Assembly: GCA_964496425.1 (NCBI GenBank)
Contig: CAZBZO010000002.1
Span: 130,450 to 194,449, forward strand
Direction of reading: 5' to 3'
Origin: an uncultured Candidatus Saccharibacteria bacterium
Lineage (GTDB): Bacteria > Patescibacteriota > Minisyncoccia > Phycocordibacterales > UBA9973
Length of the DNA: 64,000 bases
The notes under the pieces: model-generated
Database searches by the model: none
Told to the model about the DNA's origin: nothing
Seen by the model: only the letters and a program-made list of their open reading frames with translations
Shown: piece by piece, positions 9,179 to 16,190 of the stretch
Numbering within the stretch: position 1 is the first letter of the stretch
Layout of the letters: each line of letters starts with the position of its first letter
Translations under genes and position numbers: made by a program

Positions 9179-9197
9179 ATTTTTACTGCATAAAGCC

Positions 9198-9224
9198 AAC
9201 CCCTTCCTGAAAGGAAGTGTTTTT
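9198..9224 (+). terminator. Terminator downstream of the HisR tail (probable attenuator)
   Basis: CTTCCT-gaa-AGGAAG then TGTTTTT; its 5' arm can pair alternatively with 9149-57. Confidence 0.6.
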
Positions 9225-9242
9225 AGTTATTTTATAATATAT

Positions 9243-9782
9243 ATGAAATATAAAAGAAAAATTCAAATCGGTGTTATGGGATCAATGGCAGATCTTAAGT
9301 ATTCTAAAAAGCTTGAAAAGCTTGCTGAGCAGGTCGGCTATTGGATTGCAAAAAATAATGCAACGCTTGTTTTTGGTGCTGAAAAAGATTCGGACTCACT
9401 GTCAACAGCTGCTTGTCGTGGTGCAAAAAAAGAAGGTGGTCTAACTATCGGCATTACGTATGGAAAAGGTTTAAATATTTATGAAAACGCTTTAGCAGAT
9501 GCAGTTGTTGCTACAGGACTTGAAAGGGGTGGGGGCAGAGAAACTGCCCTTGTGTTAAGTTGTGATGGAATTATTACGATTGGCGGAGGTTCAGGTACCC
9601 TTACTGAAATCGCCATTGCCTACCAAGCAAACATACCAATAGTAGCAATTAGAAATACAGGTGGCTGGAGTGACAAATTAGCTGATCAATATTTAGATGA
9701 ACGAAAAAGAATTCGAGTTACAGGAGAAGATACTGCTGAAGAAAGTGTCAAAAAAATTATTAAACAAATTAAAAATGACTAA
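9243..9782 (+). CDS. LOG/SLOG-family nucleotide-binding protein (TIGR00725-like)
   Basis: IGVMGS, AACRGAKKEGG, GGGSGTLTEI, TGGWSD motifs. Confidence 0.85.
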   Translation: MKYKRKIQIGVMGSMADLKYSKKLEKLAEQVGYWIAKNNATLVFGAEKDSDSLSTAACRGAKKEGGLTIGITYGKGLNIYENALADAVVATGLERGGGRETALVLSCDGIITIGGGSGTLTEIAIAYQANIPIVAIRNTGGWSDKLADQYLDERKRIRVTGEDTAEESVKKIIKQIKND

Positions 9783-9846
9783 GAAAAGCTTTATTATAAA
9801 TAAAATCCATTCTGCATACCACTTCTTGGAAGAAGCTGGTTGTTGA
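9775..9846 (+). CDS. Putative His-containing leader peptide (23 aa)
   Basis: MTKKSFIINKIHSAYHFLEEAGC*; ATG overlaps the end of the LOG gene; followed by a terminator with an alternative pairing. Confidence 0.5.
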   Translation: MTKKSFIINKIHSAYHFLEEAGC

Positions 9847-9867
9847 AAGTTTTTATTTTCCACACCT

Positions 9868-9896
9868 AACCTCTTCCCAGAAGAGGTTTTTCTTTT
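9868..9896 (+). terminator. Intrinsic terminator/attenuator before the PRTase-like gene
   Basis: AACCTCTT-cccag-AAGAGGTT followed by TTTCTTTT. Confidence 0.75.
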
Positions 9897-9938
9897 GGTG
9901 GAGTAATAAATATTTCTTTAACAACTAAAAACAATATA

Positions 9939-10802
9939 ATGAAAAAGAAACCGTACGTCGTCTCAGCAGATATCTATCTGCTACTTACTAAATGGGCAAA
10001 ACAGAAAAACTTTGTCCTTCCTAAAGAAGAATTCATTCAACAATTCAGAAAAGAGTTCTGTGATTGTATGCTTAAAATATTTCCTTGCTTTGAATTTATT
10101 TCAGAAAAAGAAATTTTAGACCACCTGCAAACTACTACAGCATCGAGCGGTCTCCCCTGCGTGTCCCTTGATCCAGTCTATTTGTATTGTAATTATTCAC
10201 TTGAGCTTACAAGAAAAGTGGACTTGGGAGGCTTCGACCAGGGGCTTCATAGTCGTTTCGGCAACACTTCTTTGCTTACGCAATTAAGTTGCTTAAAAGC
10301 TAATGGAATTAAGGAAGTATGTCTTGTAGACGATGTGATCTTTTCAGGAGATCTTATGGAAAGAATCATAGAATTGCTTGCCAATGTCGGAATTAGTGTC
10401 CCTGTTGTTTGCGCTGGTATAGGAATACAAGATGGAGTTAGTCGTGTACTTAGCCCGAAAACAAAAGTCGAATGCGCAAAAATTTATATTGAAGTCATTG
10501 ACGAAGTATGTGAAAGGGATTTTTATCCCGGTGTCCCTTTTTCTGGTCGTTCACTTATAGGTGAGAGCAACATCGGTCTGCCTTATATTATTCCATTCGG
10601 TAAACCAAGGAAATGGGCTTCTATTCCGACGTATTTTCACAAGGAATTTTCAAAATTTTGTATAGATCAAGCTATAATCCTGTTTGAGGAAATACAAAGA
10701 ATTTCTAATAAAGAAGTTTGTTGTTCTGATATCGAACGAAAGGTTCCTCAACAGCCAATAAAAGGAAGCTATATTGAATTTTTGAAACGAATTGTCGTTT
10801 GA
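9939..10802 (+). CDS. Divergent type I phosphoribosyltransferase-like protein
   Basis: VCLVDDVIFSG PRPP-binding loop. Confidence 0.65.
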   Translation: MKKKPYVVSADIYLLLTKWAKQKNFVLPKEEFIQQFRKEFCDCMLKIFPCFEFISEKEILDHLQTTTASSGLPCVSLDPVYLYCNYSLELTRKVDLGGFDQGLHSRFGNTSLLTQLSCLKANGIKEVCLVDDVIFSGDLMERIIELLANVGISVPVVCAGIGIQDGVSRVLSPKTKVECAKIYIEVIDEVCERDFYPGVPFSGRSLIGESNIGLPYIIPFGKPRKWASIPTYFHKEFSKFCIDQAIILFEEIQRISNKEVCCSDIERKVPQQPIKGSYIEFLKRIVV

Positions 10803-10909
10803 TTATATTCCAGAGTCTGCATGTTATTAAAACTTGTAGGCTCTTTTTATTTTAAACTTTACTTAGATAAAGTCGAGAAATTGGGGAACAAAACTGGTAT
10901 ACTATTTTC

Positions 10910-11494
10910 GTGATCCCCTCTTATTTCCTCTGGCTGGCGCCACTCATTTCCCTCACCGGCGGTGCATTCTATATTCGTAGCACACTCAAAGGTACTACCA
11001 AGCCCAATCGCGTCTCCTGGATACTTTTCGCTCTGATACCGATCATTGCGGGTAGCGCAGCACTTGCAGAAGGCGTGTGGTTAGCAGCCATGCCGACATT
11101 TGCAGCCGGTATTTCACCAGTGCTCGTCGTCATAGCTTCGTTTTGGAATAAAAATGCCTATTGGAAGATCACTAAGCTCGATATAGCCTGTGGTGCTCTA
11201 TCGATCTTGGCGATCATCATGTGGCTTGGTACTAAGAATCCGCTCGTCGCTATAGCTTTTGCAATTGGCGCTGATGCGCTCGCGGCATTGCCAACAATTA
11301 TAAAATCCTGGAAACATCCGGAAACAGAAAATTTTCTTGGTTATACGCCGGCTATCATCAACGTCATCATTGCTTTCCTCGTCATTGGCCCGACACACCT
11401 GACCTTTGCCAACTTTGGTTTCAGTATGTACCTTCTTGTTACGTGCGTCATGTTGGTAACAATTATTCTCGGAAGAAAACCTCGCCTGACATAG
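10910..11494 (+). CDS. Multi-pass membrane protein (hypothetical)
   Basis: About 6-7 hydrophobic segments; TKPNRVSW and PTIIKSWKHPETE motifs; TATACT 6 nt upstream of GTG. Confidence 0.75.
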   Translation: MIPSYFLWLAPLISLTGGAFYIRSTLKGTTKPNRVSWILFALIPIIAGSAALAEGVWLAAMPTFAAGISPVLVVIASFWNKNAYWKITKLDIACGALSILAIIMWLGTKNPLVAIAFAIGADALAALPTIIKSWKHPETENFLGYTPAIINVIIAFLVIGPTHLTFANFGFSMYLLVTCVMLVTIILGRKPRLT

Positions 11495-11503
11495 CTTTAA
11501 AAG

Positions 11504-11529
11504 AAAAAGCCCGCATAAGCGGGCTTTTT
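11504..11529. terminator. Bidirectional terminator
   Basis: AAAAAGCCCGC-ataa-GCGGGCTTTTT. Confidence 0.85.
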
Positions 11530-11544
11530 CAATACCAGAGTGAG

Positions 11545-11613
11545 TTACTCAGCTGGAGCGTCGGTCGCTGGTGTTGTTTCCTCTGTTGTTGGTTCTGTTG
11601 TTTCGTCTGACAT
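11545..11613 (-). CDS. Possible acidic micropeptide (22 aa)
   Basis: MSDETTEPTTEETTPATDAPAE*, followed by the terminator. Confidence 0.4.
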   Translation of the reverse strand: MSDETTEPTTEETTPATDAPAE

Positions 11614-11685
11614 AGTATTTTCTCGTTTAATGGATAAGGTGCTTACTCTAACACAGATATAGCAAACCTCAAAGGGGTGAGGGCT

Positions 11686-13080
11686 TTACTTACTCAGCTT
11701 AATTCCAAGCTCTTTTAGCTGTTTTTCAGACACTTCGGCCGGAGAATGCATCATAAGATCCTTGCCTTCACCGGTTTTTGGAAATGCAATCACTTCGCGA
11801 ATGTTGGGTTCATTCTGTAAAATCATGACGATGCGATCTATCCCGGGAGCAAAGCCGCCATGCGGTGGTGCGCCAAACGTAAAGGCTTCAAGCATGTGAC
11901 CAAATTTCTTCTGCTGTTCTTCTTCGCTGATTTCCAAAAGATCAAAAACTCGTTTTTGCATAGCTCGCTCATGAATACGAATTGATCCGGAGGAGAGTTC
12001 GTAGCCGTTGAGTACTAGATCGTAGGCATTGGCGCGAATTGAAAACATGTCTTCCCCTTTCATAAATTTCTCTTGATCTTCAGGCTTGATTGAGCAAAAT
12101 GGATGATGCACTGCCTGGAGCTCGCCGTCATCAGTGCGCTCAAACATTGGAAAGTCAAGCACCCAACAAAAAGCTAGCTCGTTTGGATCATTTTTATCGA
12201 CGCGCATATCTGGCTTATCAGAACCATATTTTTCCATTGACTCGGCATAGGTCAAGCGTGGGAACGGTAGTGTCGTAATCTTTTTTTCTGGATAGAGAGT
12301 TTCTACCAATTTTATAAACATGGCTTCAGTATATTCAAGCACTTCCTCTTGGGTGACAAAAGACATTTCAAAGTCGAGCTGAGTAAATTCTGGCTGACGA
12401 TCGCCTCTGGTGTCTTCGTCACGCATACAACGAGCAATTTGAAAATACTTTTCAAATCCTGCTACCATTGAAAGCTGTTTGAATTGCTGTGGAGATTGCG
12501 GAAGTGCATAAAAAGTACCTTGCCAAAGTCGTGAAGGCACAATGTATTCACGCGAGCCTTCCGGTGTGCCCTTCATAAGCATCGGAGTCTCGATTTCAAT
12601 GAAATCATTGTCATGCATATACTTCCGGAAAAAAGTAATGATTTTATCGCGCATGCGAATATTTTTCTGCATACGCTCACTACGCAAATCGAGATACTTG
12701 TATTTCATTCGCAAATCTTCGTTGATATTTTTTGTGTCCCCATTGAGTTCAAATGGCGGCGTTTCTGCTTGGTTCAACACTTCGATCTTGGTGATCTCAA
12801 GTTCGATATCGCCATTCATTGCTCCTAGCTTCACATTTTTCTCAGGGCGCTTGTTCACTATGCCCTCAATTTTAAGCACCCATTCATTGCGAACAGTTTT
12901 GGCGACTTCAATAGCCTCAGTGTGTGTCGGAAGGACGATACACTGGATTTTGCCACTCATGTCTCGGACATCCATAAAGACCATTTTCCCTTGGTCTCGA
13001 CGAATATCTACCCAGCCAGCAATAGTGACTTCACTACCGACCGAACTCCCCAAATCTTTTATGTATGTTCTGTTTTTCAT
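11686..13080 (-). CDS. aspS: Aspartate--tRNA ligase, compact form without the GAD insertion
   Basis: OB-fold N-terminus; LPQSPQQFKQL, RDEDTRGDRQPEFTQLD, GAPPHGGFAPGIDR; upstream Asp T-box. Confidence 0.95.
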   Translation of the reverse strand: MKNRTYIKDLGSSVGSEVTIAGWVDIRRDQGKMVFMDVRDMSGKIQCIVLPTHTEAIEVAKTVRNEWVLKIEGIVNKRPEKNVKLGAMNGDIELEITKIEVLNQAETPPFELNGDTKNINEDLRMKYKYLDLRSERMQKNIRMRDKIITFFRKYMHDNDFIEIETPMLMKGTPEGSREYIVPSRLWQGTFYALPQSPQQFKQLSMVAGFEKYFQIARCMRDEDTRGDRQPEFTQLDFEMSFVTQEEVLEYTEAMFIKLVETLYPEKKITTLPFPRLTYAESMEKYGSDKPDMRVDKNDPNELAFCWVLDFPMFERTDDGELQAVHHPFCSIKPEDQEKFMKGEDMFSIRANAYDLVLNGYELSSGSIRIHERAMQKRVFDLLEISEEEQQKKFGHMLEAFTFGAPPHGGFAPGIDRIVMILQNEPNIREVIAFPKTGEGKDLMMHSPAEVSEKQLKELGIKLSK

Positions 13081-13094
13081 ATAATTTTCGCCAG

Positions 13095-13285
13095 AGAAAC
13101 AAAAATCGCCTCTCTGAACTTACATTAGTTTGTAAATTCATAGGGGCGATTCTTGCGCTTGTGGTGAGCGCAGTCGAACCACGGTGCCACCCTACTTCGC
13201 CACGCTGGAACTCGAAGAGTGGAAGCGGGCTTCTCTTTGTATTTTTCTAATTTCGCCTCCCCTGTTGTCAGCAGGATCATTGGTT
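13095..13285 (-). ncRNA. T-box riboswitch with Asp specifier, ultrashort stem I and a transcriptional terminator
   Basis: Stem I CCTG-ctGACaa-CAGG; T-box AGGGTGGCACCG (13182-93) pairing with CGCCCCT (13142-48); competing terminator AAGAATCGCC...GGCGATTTTT. Confidence 0.85.
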
Positions 13286-13316
13286 CGTATATAGTAACAT
13301 CTGTGTCAAAAAAGTA

Positions 13317-13349
13317 AAACCGACAGAGGACTCTCGTCATATCGGTTTT
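13317..13349 (-). terminator. Terminator closing the DUF6875-peptide unit
   Basis: AAAACCGA...TCGGTTTT inverted repeat. Confidence 0.6.
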
Positions 13350-13352
13350 GTT

Positions 13353-13583
13353 TTACCAAGTTGAAGGACACCAACCCAAAACAATAATCCCATCTTCTTT
13401 GCAATCCAATATTAACTCACACCATGAAAGAAGACCGAAACCCTCCTGCACCCAGGCTTTGTTACATTTGCAATTTCCATTCTTAAATTTATATCTACAA
13501 AATTTAGATGGCGGGCCACTGTTTTGTTGAGGTAAATGGTGGTCACTATCAGAACCGTTAGTACCTGTCTGAGAATCGTGCAT
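13353..13583 (-). CDS. Small Cys/Trp-rich peptide (76 aa)
   Basis: Starts 13 nt after the DUF6875 stop and is followed by a terminator; polar N-terminus, 6 Cys and 4 Trp in the C-terminal part. Confidence 0.6.
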   Translation of the reverse strand: MHDSQTGTNGSDSDHHLPQQNSGPPSKFCRYKFKNGNCKCNKAWVQEGFGLLSWCELILDCKEDGIIVLGWCPSTW

Positions 13584-13596
13584 AACACTTTTGGTT

Positions 13597-14244
13597 TTAG
13601 AGGGTTAAATTTAATCTTTTCATTTCTTTCTCAATTGCACTTTTTCCAAAATCGCGATTAAGACTTCGAGCAATCTTATTGTAGGTCTCCTCGTCATACC
13701 TGTCTTTCCGAAGAAGATATGGTATGTCGTTTGGAATAATTCTTCGTACAAAGAATAGTGGGAATGGTGGACGTGAAGGAAAAAATACCGGACATCTCAC
13801 GGATGGGACTTGACTATGAGGATGTAGTTCAGATAGCAGTATGCCACGCTCAACGAATCTGGGCTGCAAATCCTTTTGCACTTTGCTGATAAAAGTATTG
13901 CAATCCTCCGCTGATTGTGGTCCAAAAACCATGACAAGCAAACAAGCAAGTTTCTGTTTTGAAGGTTCCCAAACATCAATAAAGTGTCTGAGATGATCTT
14001 CCAACAATGAATCCTTAATCTTGACTATTGCGTTTCTGTCACTTACATCAATAATTTCATTTGTAAAACATACAGTCTCATGCTCCAAGACTTTTGAAGT
14101 AAAAGGACAAACAGTTCCAAAGTATCCTGCATCACTTAAAATTGAATGCGGTTTACTTAAAAAACTTTCAAGATACTCCAATGTACCTCTAAGTAGCGGG
14201 CAATTGGATGAGCGAGCTGATTGTAAATCAATGTAATTATTCAT
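13597..14244 (-). CDS. DUF6875-like protein
   Basis: H...GTVCPF, (S)ELHP and SRPPFPLFFVRRIIPNDIPYL match my recollection of the DUF6875 pattern. Confidence 0.7.
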   Translation of the reverse strand: MNNYIDLQSARSSNCPLLRGTLEYLESFLSKPHSILSDAGYFGTVCPFTSKVLEHETVCFTNEIIDVSDRNAIVKIKDSLLEDHLRHFIDVWEPSKQKLACLLVMVFGPQSAEDCNTFISKVQKDLQPRFVERGILLSELHPHSQVPSVRCPVFFPSRPPFPLFFVRRIIPNDIPYLLRKDRYDEETYNKIARSLNRDFGKSAIEKEMKRLNLTL

Positions 14245-14294
14245 TTTTTTTGCCTTCTCAGGACTTGGTTTAGATTATGAAATTATTAACGAAC

Positions 14295-14319
14295 AAAAAT
14301 CCGGCATCTCGTGTGCCGG
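14295..14319 (-). terminator. Trp attenuator terminator
   Basis: Minus strand CCGGCA-cacgaga-TGCCGG-ATTTTT. Confidence 0.75.
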
Positions 14320-14352
14320 TTAGGATACGCCCATGGAGTCAATAATAAGTTA

Positions 14353-14460
14353 TCAGTTACGAGTTAGAAGTTGAATACTGTATTGAAATAGGCACATAAA
14401 ACCAGCACAGGTAATTGTGTCGATTCGCCAGCTATTCCCTTTCCGTGTATTTATTTCCAT
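14353..14460 (-). CDS. Putative Trp leader peptide (35 aa)
   Basis: MEINTRKGNSWRIDTITCAGFMCLFQYSIQLLTRN*; ATG 6 nt after the -10; TGG lies 18 nt before the antiterminator segment. Confidence 0.65.
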   Translation of the reverse strand: MEINTRKGNSWRIDTITCAGFMCLFQYSIQLLTRN

Positions 14461-14466
14461 ATCCCA

Positions 14467-14495
14467 AGTGTATCAGTGTACTAGTACACAGTCAA
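14467..14495 (-). promoter_or_regulatory. Sigma70 promoter overlapped by a TrpR operator
   Basis: TTGACT-17-TACACT; overlapping GTACTAGT-ac-ACTGATAC versus the E. coli-type GTACTAGT-ta-ACTAGTAC. Confidence 0.85.
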
Positions 14496-14571
14496 GAGAC
14501 AGCACCTACCGCCTGTGGAAAACTACTAGCCCTATTCTGGGTTAGATGGAGGAAAAGTCTTTGTATTAAAA

Positions 14572-14877
14572 TCACGACTTTCCTTTATTCCCTTTTAGAA
14601 TAAGGTTGAAGCCGCCTTTGGGATTTCTAAGTTCCCTACTCCCACGGGCGACCGTGCCAATACCAATTTTGAGCTTATCAGCGATTTCTCGATGTGACTC
14701 GCCTCTGCTTAAAAGTTTTACGATTTGCCAACGAATAGCGAGCTCGTCGTATTCTCCAGGAGTATAAAAATCAATCAAGGCTTCTTGGAAAAGTTCGGGT
14801 GATTTTGCCGTATCGCGTAACACACGCGTAAATTCTTCCTTGTATTTTTTTAAAGTTTCTCGCGGCAGGCGTTTCAT
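14572..14877 (-). CDS. trpR: Trp repressor
   Basis: TPGEYDELAIRWQIVKLL...HREIADKLKIGIGTVARGS; downstream of trpS; operator adjacent. Confidence 0.85.
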   Translation of the reverse strand: MKRLPRETLKKYKEEFTRVLRDTAKSPELFQEALIDFYTPGEYDELAIRWQIVKLLSRGESHREIADKLKIGIGTVARGSRELRNPKGGFNLILKGNKGKS

Positions 14878-14878
14878 A

Positions 14879-15103
14879 TTAATGCAAACTCTCTCCTAAT
14901 TTTTCGCAGGGATACGAAATAATGACAACAATCACAAAGAGTAAGTAATACAGAGGGGTGGCAGCGTAAAAAGAGATCGAATCATTCATTTTCCACTTAA
15001 AGTAGTGCTTTTGAAACCATAAGAAGAAAAGGTTGAGCGGATAGTAAATAATACCGAGAAGCGTAGCGACTATGAATTTAAGAAGTTGAACAATAAGTTC
15101 CAT
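14879..15103 (-). CDS. Small two-TM membrane protein
   Basis: 74 aa hydrophobic ORF, 3 nt after trpS and 1 nt before trpR. Confidence 0.65.
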   Translation of the reverse strand: MELIVQLLKFIVATLLGIIYYPLNLFFLWFQKHYFKWKMNDSISFYAATPLYYLLFVIVVIISYPCEKLGESLH

Positions 15104-15106
15104 AGA

Positions 15107-16060
15107 TTAATACAATTTAACCCCGATTCGATCACGCACTATTTGCATCTTTGCCTCGGCGCGAATCCGTGCGTTCTCGCCGCCCGATTTTAATATTTTG
15201 AGAATATTTTCAGGGTCTTCCGCGAGCGCCTTTCGTTTTTCACGAAGCGGCGTAATAAAAGTATCAATGTCTTCAATGAGACCTTCTTTTAAAATTTTGT
15301 ACTTCCCTTTATTGCTCTCGTAAAAATCCGCGAGCTTCTCTTTGGATACAAAAAGTTTATGGATCGCATACACATTTTCCGGAATATCAGCTCCGGAATC
15401 AGTCACTATGCTCATCACAGCTTTTTGTATTTCATCTCGCGTGGCAAATAATGGAATTGTATTACCATAGCTTTTGCTCATTTTCCGTCCATCGAGTCCA
15501 GGCACAATACCAACATCAGGCAAAATGAGGGCTTCTGGCATGCTAAACGTTTCCCCAAAAATTCGGTTAAATTTTTCAGCTGTGTCACGTGCGTATTCTA
15601 CGTGTTGTTTCTGGTCGGCACCGACTGGCACTACGTGCGGATCGTAGAGCAAAATATCAGCGGCCATAAGCATTGGGTAATCAAATAATCCTACATTGAC
15701 TTCCTTGGCTTTCTGATTGGCATCCTTGTATGCGACTGCTCGTTCAAGATATGGCACAGTCGTTATGCAGTTGAAAATCCACGCAAGTTCCGGGTGAGCT
15801 GACACGTCAGATTGCTTAAAAAGTGTTACTTTTTTTGGATCAAGTCCGACTGCTAAGTAATCAAGAGCTATATTTAAAATATTCTCTTTAAGCGTAGGGC
15901 CGTTTTGAAGTGTCGTAAGAGCATGAAGGTCTACGATAATAACAAAGCTTTCATGCGAGTCCTGAAGGTCTACATATTGCTTCAAGGCGCCAAAATAGTT
16001 GCCAATATGGAGCTTGCCGGAAGGCTGAATCCCTGAAACTAAAGTCTTTTTTCCTGTCAT
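15107..16060 (-). CDS. trpS: Tryptophan--tRNA ligase (start reassigned to MTGKK)
   Basis: SGIQPSGKLHIGNY, YPMLMAADIL, KMSKS; TATGCT -10 7 nt upstream. Confidence 0.95.
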   Translation of the reverse strand: MTGKKTLVSGIQPSGKLHIGNYFGALKQYVDLQDSHESFVIIVDLHALTTLQNGPTLKENILNIALDYLAVGLDPKKVTLFKQSDVSAHPELAWIFNCITTVPYLERAVAYKDANQKAKEVNVGLFDYPMLMAADILLYDPHVVPVGADQKQHVEYARDTAEKFNRIFGETFSMPEALILPDVGIVPGLDGRKMSKSYGNTIPLFATRDEIQKAVMSIVTDSGADIPENVYAIHKLFVSKEKLADFYESNKGKYKILKEGLIEDIDTFITPLREKRKALAEDPENILKILKSGGENARIRAEAKMQIVRDRIGVKLY

Positions 16061-16190
16061 GACCCTAAGCATATCAAAAAAACAGCAAAAAAACGATAGT
16101 ATGCCGAGGTAAAAGTTTATACACACACAAACCACAGCTTTGATCACACTCGAAGCTTGGCTCGCCTACTGCGTATGTTAGAATGCCACT

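Noticed and set aside
7229-11529. Integron cassette array
   Set aside because: No integrase or attC-type boxes recognised; the hairpins fit terminators and attenuators
13125-13340. 71-aa ORF upstream of aspS
   Set aside because: It overlaps the T-box riboswitch and its promoter; better explained as non-coding RNA
16061-16190. T-box before trpS (also checked alaS and cysS)
   Set aside because: No GGTGGNACC motif; trpS and alaS look leaderless and cysS overlaps corA
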